Assembly (NCBI RefSeq): GCF_902459465.1
Contig: NC_047082.1
Coordinates: forward strand, 4,154,001-4,218,000
Length of the DNA stretch: 64,000 bases
DNA from: Asterias rubens
Taxonomy: Eukaryota
Direction of reading: 5' to 3'
Shown: positions 44,701 to 56,045 of the stretch, one piece after another
Layout of the letters: the number at the start of each line of letters is the position of its first letter
Position numbering within the stretch: the first letter of the stretch is position 1
Notes under the pieces: model-generated
Databases searched by the model: none
Seen by the model: the letters and a program-made list of their open reading frames with translations, nothing else
What the model was told of the DNA's origin: nothing
Program-made: the position numbers and the translations under genes

Positions 44701-45438
44701 AAAAATTAATATTCTTTATCCCGATGCAAAATTTAACATCTATTAAATCGTTTGCAGTACCCACTGCTAAACATAGGATTTGAACTGCCTCTAGCTACCG
44801 GGCAATCTCGGTGGTCTAGTTAGTTGGTATGACATTGCTCTAGAATTGCAAGGGTCGTGGGTTCGAATCCCACCCGAGTAAAATGCCTGTGATTTTTTTC
44901 ACAGGACTCGGGGAAAGTACTGAGTATACAGTGCTACACACATCAGTGTATATGGGTAAAACCAAAAATTATGAATTATATTATTATTAAAATACTGAGT
45001 ATCTATTCTAATTTACCTCAATGCCCTTTTTGAACCAAGAAGAACTGGCCTCTATCTAAGCTAAGGGATCCAACAATTTGAATTTGATAAGTGATCATTA
45101 TGACGATTCTTTGCCTTTAAATTGAAGAAACGTTGACATAAATTTATAATCCATGGTCACTGGTGGTTGGGAACGATGATGCATCTTCTGGGCGCTGTGC
45201 GTAATACTAAGTTAAGTAATAGCGCAACTGGTTAAGGGAATTTAATACACTCATAATAAATGGGAGTTTCTCGTTTGAGATTGAAATGGCCTGCAGCGGC
45301 TCTAACAGTGATTGATGTTTTTAGTTCACTAACCTGACGTTTGACTTCATCGTAAAAGACATTGGTAGCTTTGCTGATCGGTTCAAATCGCACTGGATTT
45401 GTAGAAAGCTCGATGTAAAAATTGTGATCCTCCGCCAT
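28499..45438 (-). CDS. RMC1: Regulator of MON1-CCZ1 complex (RMC1/C18orf8/MIC1), 661 aa, 18 coding exons
   Basis: Exons in transcript order: 45438-45334, 44153-44077, 42937-42853, 42398-42342, 41510-41352, 39631-39563, 38970-38867, 38670-38581, 37998-37929, 36304-36269, 35627-35462, 34997-34885, 33584-33515, 33183-33077, 32092-31889, 31044-30871, 29642-29417, 28572-28499. They sum to 1986 nt in frame. Recognisable RMC1 segments include VFAVRSGG, DNLVVVHHQ, HQFLQYHVLSDSKP, SARKFLDAA and GEHCE. Confidence 0.96.
28943..29331. mobile_element. Kolobok-like MITE family A copy
   Basis: TTAA flanks and family TIRs; in the last RMC1 intron. Confidence 0.88.
29960..30312. mobile_element. hAT-like MITE, 353 bp
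   Basis: TIR TAAGCTTGGGCGATATC; 8-bp TSD ATACACAA. Confidence 0.92.
32736..32792. repeat. (AAC)n microsatellite
   Basis: Seen directly. Confidence 0.97.
33804..34169. mobile_element. Kolobok-like MITE family B (second, shorter copy at about 128-402)
   Basis: TTAA|AGCCATTGGACCCTTTCGGT ... ACCGAAAGGGTCCAATGGCT|TTAA. Confidence 0.88.
34998..35461 (-). other. U12-type (minor spliceosome) GT-AG intron in RMC1
   Basis: 5'ss GTATCCTTTAA; branch point TTCCTTAAT about 15 nt before the acceptor CCCAG. Splicing here yields ELYSPNWVVFQP, colinear with the vertebrate KLYSSSWIVFQP as I recall it. Confidence 0.88.
35656..36150. mobile_element. MITE family A copy (35656-36053) plus an abutting partial copy sharing the TTAA
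   Basis: Junction reads ...gtccagtgcct TTAA aggcaggtaaactattgg... Confidence 0.85.
36705..37682. mobile_element. MITE family A copy interrupted by a nested hAT-like element
   Basis: The family A body resumes after the insert at 36805-37395. Confidence 0.88.
36805..37395. mobile_element. Non-autonomous hAT-like element, 591 bp
   Basis: 8-bp TSD TTAAACAT at 36797-36804 and 37396-37403; imperfect TIR TAGTGCTGGGCGAAT/ATTCGCCCAGGCTTA. Confidence 0.88.
39175..39536. mobile_element. Kolobok-like MITE family A copy
   Basis: TTAA flanks and family body. Confidence 0.85.
39743..40124. mobile_element. Fully palindromic TTAA-type MITE family C, copy 1
   Basis: AGGAACACGTTGCCTTGGATCGG ... CCGATCCAAGGCAACGTGTTCCT; the whole element folds back on itself. 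Confidence 0.9.
40905..41292. mobile_element. Kolobok-like MITE family A copy
   Basis: TTAA flanks and near-perfect TIRs. Confidence 0.9.
42507..42690 (+). mobile_element. tRNA-like-containing repeat family E (second copy about 44783-44970)
   Basis: ctcggtggactagttggtatgac...gggttcgaatcccactcgag carries Pol III A/B boxes; the flanks are shared between copies. Confidence 0.75.
43190..43453 (-). mobile_element. tRNA-derived SINE (other copies: about 40130-40355 +, about 59345-59657 +, about 34200-34340 -)
   Basis: A box TGGCCAAGCGG, B box GGTTTGAATCC, core gtgtccttaagcaagacact; the 59.6-kb copy ends in a (TAT)n tail. Confidence 0.82.
43696..44051. mobile_element. hAT-like MITE, second copy of the 29960 family
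   Basis: Same body; the right end appears clipped by a deletion between CAAG microhomologies (probable TSD ACAAGGTG). Confidence 0.88.
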
Positions 45439-46048
45439 AATTATTGCGTGACATTCCCATCTCCATGCATAATCCAACTCATACGGAAAGACGCCTGGGT
45501 TACTACATCATGTAGTCGGAGCTTTTAGAACCCGACTATGCTCCCCGACGTCCGGGTAACTTTTGCAGTAGAGGCCTTTGTAACGCCAGGCGCGATCTTT
45601 ATTACGCCCGATTTTCGGACTTCAACTCTAGGTTTATAGGCTGTAAAAACTTGTTGCTATCATCAGGGATCAGCTTTTACCATGGCAACCGCTTGTTTTG
45701 AAACGAGTTTATTATTTGTTTGTGATTTGCTGTATTTTCCACAAAATGTCCACTTGTTTTTTAAATTTTCCAAATAGGCCTATGCCCAGTATAGACATAT
45801 AGGTAGCGCCACGTGGGCGTTATGTACTGTTGGCGGCCATGTTGGATTGTGCGTTCTCAGCACGTTCGCTTATTGTTTTTAAACTAAATAGGCCTACAAT
45901 TTTAGACTGCTTTTTTTCTATATCTTTCGGCCAACAATATCATGCTGTATGGAAGTTCAGCCCCACGGGGTGCATTGGTCCTAATTGGCGTTATATATAA
46001 CATCCGATACATTTTAAGTTGAAACAAAATACGATTTTGTTCATTTAT

Positions 46049-47757
46049 TTAACGGCAGTGGACACTATTGGTAACTACTGAAAATAATTATTAGCATAAA
46101 ACCTCACTTGGTAACGAGTAATGGGGAGAGGTTGATAGTATAACACATTGTGTGTAACGGCTCCCTCTGAAGTGAAGTAGTTTTCGAGAAAGAAGTAATT
46201 TTCCATGAATTTGATTTCGAGATCTCAGATTTGAAATTTGAGGTCTGGAAATCAAGTATCTGAAAGTACACAACTTCGTGTGACAAGGGTGTTTTTTCTT
46301 TCATAGTTATCTCGCAACTCCGACAACCAATCAAGCTCAAATTTTCACAGGTTTGTTATTTTGTGCATATGTTGAGATGCACCACCAAGTGAGAAGACTG
46401 GTCTTTGTCAATTACCAAAAGTGTCCAGAGTTTTCTTCCTCAAAACGGGATAAACGGTGACCCCGCTACTACTACCCCGGTAATAATATACACCGTCCTA
46501 TATTAAATTTCCATAAACGACGGTTCGAAACGGTGGTTCGTAAACTGTCCACATCGTTAACATAAAGGATGTCATGTGACACTCTCTCCACCAGTCAAGT
46601 ACAATATCTATACTTGAGAATATAATAACAAATTTAGAATAATAGCAGTTAATAATTGATAAAAAGGTGACACAAATTATTTCAAAATTCATTACGACTC
46701 ATTTATTTTATTTTAACGACACGTGGTTCACTTTAAAAGTACAGCACAACGTCAAGAACAACTTTACGAGATTTCTGCTTGGAAGTAGACCTACATTGTT
46801 ATTGGTCTTAAAAAAGACAGTTGCTTCAACATGCGCAGACGCCATCACAGCTGACTATAAAGAATGAGAAACGAAGGCCTTGGAGAAAGGCTAGACCTAA
46901 AAGCACATTGATGTACTTATTTGTTGGCATACAACTTTCTTGGGCATCTGAAAGCACACAAATTAGAATAGAAAGGCACGTTTTCTTTTTCTTGATAATA
47001 AGTTTCTTGCAAACTTATCACCAATTGCATCAACATTTCCAGAGATTTGTTATTTTATGCACACTGTTGGGAAACACCAAGTGAGAATACTGGTCTTTGA
47101 TAATTACCAAAGGTTTCCAGTGCCTTAAAAGCCGAAAAGAAAAGAGACAAGGTGACAATTTAAATTTTGATTGATTAAGCATTTGTTGCAAATTCTCATT
47201 ATGGATGACTGTATACAACTTAAAAACAATGTGATGAAAGTTTGATTTCAACTTATAATGTAACACATTATGCATTTTCGTGTATGAACAAAAACAAGTG
47301 GATCTGGAATGTTCGCCCTTCAGCTCTCTCGTACTAACTCTTTCAACATTGGAGTTATCTTAAAACACCAATTTCAATTTTTCTTAAAGGCAGTGGACAC
47401 TAGTGGTAATAACTCAAAATAATTATTAGCATAAAAACATACTTGGTAATGAGCAATTATGGAGAGCTGTTGATAGTATAAAACATTGTGAGAAACGGCT
47501 CCCTCTGAAGTGATAGTTTGCGAGGAAGTAATTTCCCACAAATTTGATTTCGAGACTTCAGAAATAGATTTTGAGGTCTCGAAATCAACCATCTTAAAAC
47601 ACACAACTTCGTGTGACAAGGTTGTTTTTTTTCTTCCATAGTTATCTCGCAACTTCGACTACCAATTGAGCTCAAATTTTCACAGGTTTGTTATTTTATA
47701 TGTTGAGATACCACAAGTGAGAAGACTGGTCTTTGACAATTACCAATAGTGTCCAGT
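46049..47757. mobile_element. Cluster of three family A MITE copies (46049-about 46433, about 46870-47128 degraded, 47384-about 47757)
   Basis: Family TIR and body matches. Confidence 0.8.
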
Positions 47758-48237
47758 TTGTACGCTTCGAACATGCCTTTTTGGCTGGCTTGAATGGCCT
47801 TTTCGAAACCCAGCTTTGGTTATTCGGCTCTGCAGTGTGAGCACCTTGCAGTGAAGCGGCGTACTGAAAGCATCAGTCAACTTCAAAACACTAATGGAGA
47901 CTCAGACTGTGTCCAAATTGGCGGCTTCAGCTACCGGCTATGGTTTCATTTCCGTGTACGTTGAAGTATATAGTACGTCCTTGGCAACCAGTCATAGCCA
48001 TTGCCGTAGCAGTTTAATTCGGATAGCAATTTTTTTCTACACTACGAAATTCCACTGTCGTAGTGCTTTTCAATGGGGGAATTGTTTTCTTCTAAATTGT
48101 TTTAAAAAAGGAATCCTTAAAAACAAATAAAGATTTTTTCTTTTGAGGACGGCAATTCTAATGTGCAGAAGAAAGAAAAATTGCATTCGGATACGGCCTA
48201 AGCCGAGGTCGTTGTTTTGGTAAAGCCCCAGTTGTTT

Positions 48238-50213
48238 TTACATGGGTTCGCAGATGGGCATCCCGTCGCAGGCATTTTCATAATACGGTGTAAATAGCTG
48301 GGCTATGGTGACGATGGGGAACATGACGAAGGCCCCAATCATGGATCCAACCTGAGTGATACCGCCGTACCAGATCAAGAGGGAGCGGTTGTTGGGCTGA
48401 CTGCGAAGGATCCATGCAATGGTGGCCTTGGTGTATACCAGTAGGCCACTGACTAACACCCATGATAGGATCTGTAACAGTCAAGAAAACAAGATGGTGG
48501 TCAGAATGGATAACCAAACAAATTATACTGCATGGGAATCCATGTTTTCTGACGGGAAAACCATCCTTCCAATCAACAAACACAAACACCCCACTAAACA
48601 TTAACGGCCTTCCAACAAGCAAACAAACAAACAAACAAATAACAAACAAACAAACAAATAAACATACAAACAAACAAACAAACAAATAAACAAACAAGCA
48701 AATAAACAGTATGATGGCATGGGAAATGCTTCACTATAAAGAGAGCAAACGTTCATTTAAAATTGCCGAAAGTTGGCAACTGTTTTCTGATTCCAATAGA
48801 CACCAACAATTTCATCCCTTGCATAATGTGTCTACGCGACTATTTCATGGTCATCGGCTTATTCTTTTGTGCTTTTCTGCAATGTGACATGACTTATCCT
48901 GAAGTGTATTGTGCTGTGACTTATACCAATAGTATGTTTATATACATGGTAAGTTTTTTACTTACAATAAGTACGGCACCTCCAATTTCGTGTTGCAGCG
49001 GTGGGGTTGGGCTGAGTGCCGCCGTCAGAAAGCAGAAACTCCCCGCGAGCGTGCCTGCAGCTGCCGTCACCCCAACCAATACAAGATTCCTGCTTGGTAG
49101 CAGCATCACCAACGTGGCAGCAACGGGGTTGGCAATATTAGCCATTGTGGATGCCAGGAGATAGGTGTTGAATCCGTATGGAGCGCACGAGTAGGTCTGG
49201 ATGGATGGTAGAGCACCGTTACTGAGTGCAGTTACGAAGGCTAAGACACCAAACAGGTAGATGTAGTTGAACCGGGTTAGGGTGTGATTTGTGGTCTGGA
49301 CATCTTTGGATGAGTCTGTGGGTGGTGTCTCCGTTACGTCGGGACCGGAGATATCCTGGGATGAAGAAGTCTCGTCGCTTGTTCCATAGACCAGCACAGC
49401 ACGGCTCTCAGCACAACTCATTGTCACAGATGTTTTTGGCAAAGTACTTGATTTTGGTTTTCGAATCAGGTGCTCACGTTTTGCCAGGGGTAGATAGTTA
49501 AGCAAGGTGAACGCGATCAGGCATGTCATCATCATTGCAAAGAGGAAGCCAAAGAACTCCTGAGGTTGGAATCTAGCTGGGGAATCCACCTGCTTCCAGT
49601 TCGTGCATATCTGCTCCGTGGTGACATTGTCAATCACGGTGTAGTTGATATAGGTGTTGTTGGCGACACACTCGACATTCCCGACCCCCTGGATAAGCGC
49701 CACAATGCTGGGGAGCAGAGAGCTCAGACCTTCCCCGACGAAATACCAGGTGAGGTACGAGTTCTTGAGGATCGACATGAAAGGTGTGAAGGCAACAGAC
49801 GAGGTGCAGTCCACGATGGATAAGAAGAACGCCAAGCACAGCAACGCCGTGCTATGAAGACTGCCATCTAGGTCCCATACCGTATAGGCATCCCAGAAAA
49901 ATACAAGCAACAAGGTTGAGACGCAACCTATGGACACGATTATGAAGACTGTTGGTATTTCCACATGCTTCCCTTTAGGTGAAAAGTAGTTGACCAGAGA
50001 GAAAATCAAGGGTCCAACATTAGCGATTTGGATGATCACGGTCAGGTAGGTGGCCAAGTTGTAACCTTCTGGGATGTTCAGGGACACCAAGAGTGGGAGT
50101 TGCACCCATAACCCATTGATGGCGACCCAGGAGCCCGTTCCGAAGAGCAGGACGAGAATTATGACCGGGATTCGCACCGCAGGGGGACTCTTCTCTTCGG
50201 CGTCGTCAGCCAT
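48238..50213 (-). CDS. SLC52A3: SLC52 riboflavin transporter (SLC52A3-like), 493 aa
   Basis: Exons 50213-48966 and 48471-48238, phase 0. Motifs FGTGSWVAINGLWVQLPLLV, IQIANVGP, VDCTSSVAFTPFM, GEGLSSLLPS, NGALPSIQTYSCAPYG and GGITQVGSMIGA are typical of SLC52. The exact vertebrate paralog is not resolvable. Confidence 0.93.
48618..48706. repeat. (AAAC)n microsatellite in the SLC52 intron
   Basis: Seen directly. Confidence 0.95.
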
Positions 50214-50474
50214 TATACAAAGGAGTTGGTGGTAAAAAATACCAAGTAAGTGTCGTTCAGTCAGCAAGCTGTATAAATGAAAGATTTATTGTGTTATTTT
50301 TTTTCTCATGACTGCATTCCGTGACTCCAGCCAACAAATATCTCGAGAGCAGTATTAATCGCATGAGATCCGTTACCGCAACCAACATTTAGCGACTTGT
50401 TCCTAAGTCTATAACAAACAGCCCAGTAACTGTTACTTACAGGGCCTTGGCTTGGCTGACGGAAAACAAGCTGT

Positions 50475-50851
50475 TTAAAAGACACTGGACACCATTGGTT
50501 ATTATCAAAGACTAGCTTTCACAGTAGGTGTATCTCAACATATGCATAAAATAATTAACCTGTGAAAATTTGAGCTCAATCGGTTGTCGAAGTTGCGAGG
50601 TTAGTATGAAAGAAAATAATACCCTTGTCACGAATCTGTGTGCTTTCAGATGCTTGATTTCGAGACCTCAAAATTTAATTCTGAGGTCTCGAAATCAAAT
50701 TCGTGGCAAATTTCCTCTTTCTCGAAAACACGTCACTTCAGAGGAGCCGTTTCTCACAATGTTTTACATCAACCTCTCCCAATTACTCATAACCAAGTAA
50801 GGTTTTATGCTAATAATTGTTTTGAGTAATTACCAATAGTGTCCACTGCCT
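50475..50851. mobile_element. Kolobok-like MITE family A copy
   Basis: Family TIRs and body, upstream of SLC52. Confidence 0.85.
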
Positions 50852-52372
50852 GATTATAAGTAATTGTGACTTAGTAATAAAGTCATAATAATTATTCACC
50901 TAGTTACATGTCTCATATATGATTTAGTACAAGGCAAACTGACACTCAGGACTTAGTATATGAGTAGGCCCCAAGGTCTATATCCAATTCATAATTTTGA
51001 CTTAATACACTGCTAAATCATTTGAAACACAAGTCATAAAAGTAGGCCTACTTTACTCAGTTATTCATAATTTTGAGATATCGGAGTTGTGTGCTACTGT
51101 TTTCTGTTATTCTTCTGATGGTCCCTTTACAGTGCCGTAGAGAACAGTACACTGAACATGGAGAGTCGAGACCTATATAAAAGCACGTCCATGAGTCAAA
51201 AGTTGTGGCCTGTGACCTGATTACCAACCTTACAAATTGAGAACTACTGGTACCTTTAAAATGAGCCACTTCAGGAGTAAAACGTTGTAACATACAGTGA
51301 TCCAGCTGATGTTGATGCCACGGTTGGAGTCATTTATAGCTCAGTCGAAGCATTGCTCTGAAGACAGCAACTGATTTCAGATTCTGGATTTCTACCAGTT
51401 CTACGCGGACGGAAGTCTTATTACAATAATACGTAACACATAACAAAGCGAACGTCAATCATTGATTCCTCAGCGTTATGTAAGATGCACTGACAGAAGT
51501 TACATAAAATTTGTCTTATGACTTGCCCAATAGCTGGATAACCATAAAGGTATGTTATGTACAGTACAGTCATAATGACAGTTGATGTTATAAGCCACGT
51601 TTACTTTTCCGTCCATATCTGATTACAATGCACCTTATCCGCACCATCAGTATAGAATGTTGATATTATTATAAAACAAACAATATCTACACCTGACGTT
51701 TTCAGTTCTATCCTAGATAGTTATGGTGATAACTCATTAGGAGTCTACAACTGTATAATATTGCAGTTGCTACAAATAATGTTGCTAAAAAATGAATTAT
51801 TACTTTTTGTTACCTGCGGCTGCGTATCGGGAAATCAAGTTTAGTTCAGACGTTGCTGATGGCTGTGAAACACCAGACCATTGAATGGATGGTTCAGTGG
51901 GGGTGTAGTGGGGAATCAGTGTGCATTTTTCCTGTATTTTGTCATTCACGTCAAATTATTGACCTTTGCTTCAAGCAATGTCTACTAAAGGACAATGATT
52001 GTGCTGGTTAAGTGTCAGGACTTCAGCATGAAAGAGGGCATTTCGTGGAATTTGTGTGAGAAGCACTGAACCCCTATTGTTAAAAACCACTGAATTAATT
52101 AAGGTGTAGACCCCGGGTCAAAAAGGTAGCACATAAGGCGTGTAGTCCGCACGGTTAAGTTTTATGTGATTTGAACAGGTGCATGGTGCCACTTTGTGAA
52201 GTAAAGATTTGACAAAACGAAATAATGTTGGGTTCTTTATCGAGCTATGTAGGTTGCCCCTCAAATATATAATGCATGTTTGTCCGATATGCCTATAAAA
52301 AGGCATAAGTATTAATGTATATATAAACAATGAGTTTTAACTTTTATGTTCATTTTGTACATCAATCACATT

Positions 52373-52788
52373 ATATGTGACCCGCTCTGTGAAAATGAGT
52401 CATATGTAGGCAATTTCAAGAATTGAGTTATCAGGCTGGAAAGAACACATCAGCAGCAGTAATTTGGTATGTGTCTAAGCTTTGGGGTGTATCGCGTTGC
52501 TGAGTTACTCCCGCTTGAAAAAAGGCACTACACTATTTTTTGTGAAAAACGAATTACAAGTAAAATGATATTTTAAACTACCATTGTGTGCAAAAGGATA
52601 CAAATTAGACATAAGTATGATCACAAAATTGTTGTATTCATAGCTATATTGCCTAAAAGTAAGTGTTCTAAAGGTTAACCATGCAACTAAAGATCTCAAA
52701 AAGGGGGAAAAAAAGAAAAAAAACCTGTCCATAACTTAACATTGCATTGGGTGACATGCGACTCATTTTCACAGAGTGGGTCACATAT
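52373..52788. mobile_element. MITE with about 28-bp TIRs and TA/AT ends
   Basis: atatgtgacccgctctgtgaaaatgagtc ... gactcattttcacagagtgggtcacatat. Confidence 0.85.
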
Positions 52789-53389
52789 TCTCTTTGTAAC
52801 TTATTGATGGATGAATTCAACAAACAACAAAAATAAAAAATACTAACGTTTTTAAAATTCAGTGGTGGAAACTTTCACATAAACTAAATGCAGGTAATGA
52901 CTTGGTGAGCATAACTTATGCCCTAATAAATGGATACAAAAATTACTAAAATTTTGATCAACACAACCGCAAATTTCTTTTACAGCAGACAGGATAATGG
53001 GCTGGAAGATCTTTATTTTTTATTGAACGTAAAATACGGGTAATTTTATGACTAGCAACAAACAAAACCTAAACAACAACGGTCCTTTTTAGTTACTGCT
53101 GGAATCCTAATGGTAACAACAAATAAAACAACGCCCTCTATAGCGCACAAATCGTGTACTGCATGAATACTTCGTATCGTACCCAACTGTTCTGCCCCAA
53201 CAACATACCACTCGACCCCAAGCTACATAAGAACGTTATCAAATGCAAAGTGACGTCATACGTATGGGGACGTGTACATCCAGGTAATTTCCATTCGCCG
53301 GTCGTTGAGCATTACGTACTGTATAAAAAGTTGACCTTCACAAATCGTACGTGCACGGATCACACACGAGATCACATAAACCGGCAAAA

Positions 53390-56045
53390 ATGGCTTCTCT
53401 AAGAATAGGAAAATCGGCAATTACGGTTGTAAGAAGAAGTTTGTTCCGGCCAAATGTGAGAACGATGGCGGCAGGAGGTGGTAGGTGTTCAGTTTATTTC
53501 AAAAGTCTTGGCTTTATACTTCTCCAGTGTTATTTAGCTGCCTAAAAATGATTTCCATTCATTCATAAATTTGTATTGCACGACTTGACATGTATGTTTG
53601 ACTTTGACTTGAGCTCGAGGGATGCAGATTGCAACTTAACTAAATTCGGGAAAATTCATGAAACAGTTTTGTTTAAATGTTCGTATCCGGCCGCCGCTTT
53701 TTAAGGGATTTATTTGATTTTTTGGTGTGGATATTATATGGACTTTATTAATATAATTCAAAAACAAATATCTTCTATCTTGCTTGAACTTGACAAAGTT
53801 GAATTTGATTGAGACTGACGTCATGACTGTATGAGACGAGAAAATTGAATTGGCAAGGAGGGGGTGTGACTGGGAATGGGATCATGTTAATGGATGGGGA
53901 TCGGATAGCTAAAACTGAAAAGTTAAAACTTAAATGCTAAGCCAACATTTTCACCTTTTTGATCGACTGAGCCCTGAGGCTTTTCTTATTTTTAATTAAG
54001 GGAATTAATTAAGGCCAATTTGTCAGCGCCCGCATTTGATTTTGGCCCTGTACCAATCATTTCATGATAGTGTTTACAAAAATTTCATTATTTTGCACTG
54101 AACCGGTGAAAATCCAGCAAAAATTACTCTCAAGCGAAATTTTCAGACATTTATCTTGACGATTTAGTCCTTTTGGTTTGGTACTTAGCCCATCATGTAC
54201 CGTACCCTAACTTATCAGAATCAAATGTAAAGAATAATTGGTTACGGTCCCTGAGGATGATGTACATGGATTGTATTTGTGTAGGTAGGAGCAATGTACT
54301 CCTAAAAACTACAACTCAACTTCGGTAACTTAAGCGTCCCCTGTGATCATTTCTAGTTTCTAGAAGTAGGAGCAATGTATTAATTCTCAGCGAAGTTTTT
54401 TAGACATGGTACAGCTTTAATGGCGACTAAGACTACTACACTCAGCCCAACATTAACGTGGACTTGCAATTGCACCATCCATACTGTCCGACGTCTGTTG
54501 GTGTTTGAGACGTGGCTTTAAAATAAAACTAATAATTTTTGTTCCCCCAAACACATGCCAAAGAACTAATATTCTTTTTTTATTAAATTGATAATGCAGT
54601 TTTTGTTTTACTTCGCTTTTTACGTCACATATTTTTATCTCATCTTTTCTATTCCAGGAATTCCCGACCACAAAGATCATGTAACTGGTCTCGAGAAGAA
54701 AGAATATGAATTAATGAAAGCTGGTAACCCTGTAAGTACATTGTAGTCAAGCCCAAAGTTATCTTGTCCGTTTTGTGCTTCAATCAAGCCTTGAAATAAT
54801 TAAACAGTTTTGTTTCATTTTTAAACATACATGTTACATGTAACTTGATTGTTACAGCGAGTCCAGGCCCGATACTTCACGGAGGCAACGGAGGCGATTG
54901 CCTCCGTTGCCCCTTGCCATTGCCTTGGTGCCCTTGAAATGCTCCAGTATAAACTTACAATTTCCTCATAGGGTGCCCTTTGCCAAAGCGAAAATGCCTT
55001 GGTGCCCTTGCCTTTTCAAAAACGAAGCATACAGGCCTGAGCGACCATTAACTATTACTTCTTATCTCTCACAGGATCCATTTGAGTTGCAAGTTAAAAG
55101 AGTGCCAGCTGGAACTGCCGACAAGCCTGTAGCTGTTAAGTCCGTCTTTGAAAAGCGAATCGTAGGATGTATTTGTAAGTCAACTTTTTTGAAATTACAA
55201 GTGTGTGTAGGGGGGGGGGGGGTTGGGTAGGGGAGTTTGAGTTTAGGGGAGACATGGTGAAAACATGTCTATTCTTTATTTATGTTTCATTAAGAAGACT
55301 TCAACATCTTGGACGATTTTTGGAACCAAGGATACATCATACTAGTGAACCGTAGCTCATTGCTGTTCCACTTTATAATTCCCCTGGACTCGTCTCATGG
55401 ACAACCTGTCTATTGTACACTAGACTCGAGTTCTGGTTGCTAAGCCATTAGGTTGTGGGTTATAATTGGGTGTGTTCAATGAGCGACCCTGGTCTGCCCC
55501 CGGTACGTTCAAATAGCTTTTACGTCATTTCCAGGGCTCACCCGGGTCAGCCCCCAGTGCTCCGCTTGTGGAGTGGGTCACTTGGACCGTGCCCGACGTG
55601 CATGATCTCAGCATGAGAGGGCGAGTGTGATCGTTTGTATAGCTCTTGTCAGGAACTCACCCGAGTGAGCACTGCGGGGGCGACCCAGGGAAGCTAACTG
55701 AACGCACCCACTGTTTACTGAAGGCCTGAGACTCCATGGAGGCAACAGAGGCGACTGCCCCCATGCCCCCTTGTCATTGCCTTGGTGCCCCTGAAATGCT
55801 ACAGTCCCATGGCATCCCCTTTACCGAAAAAAATGCCTTGGTGCACTTGCCCTTTCAAAAAAGAAGCTTAAAGGTACGTTTCTGTGACTCTGTATTAATA
55901 AAACTGCTTGGTTTCCCAACCATGTACACTGTATGCAGGTGAAGAAGAACAAACCTTCATCAACTGGATGTGGTTACACGCCGGAGACGCTCAGAGGTGC
56001 GATTGTGGCCACTGGTTTCAACTACAAAAGACAGAGGGTATTTAG
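53390..56045 (+). CDS. COX5B: Cytochrome c oxidase subunit 5B, mitochondrial, 123 aa
   Basis: Exons 53390-53480, 54658-54731, 55075-55174, 55939-56045. Arg-rich transit-like N-terminus, then HVTGLEKKE, DPF, KRIVGCICEE and the Zn-binding RCDCGHWFQL. Confidence 0.95.
54864..55039. mobile_element. About 177-bp MITE with CAGG...CCTG ends (other copies 41807-41984, about 55723-55875, about 27900-27990)
   Basis: Shared body ggaggcaacg...gccttggtgcccttg...gaagcatacag; TSD ambiguous. Confidence 0.8.
55468..55709. mobile_element. Harbinger-like MITE in COX5B intron 3
   Basis: Termini GGGTGTGTTC ... GAACGCACCC. Confidence 0.7.

Noticed and set aside
48278-48697. 139-aa ORF starting MFVYLFVCLFVC
   Set aside because: Product of the (AAAC)n microsatellite plus an off-frame reading of the last SLC52 exon.
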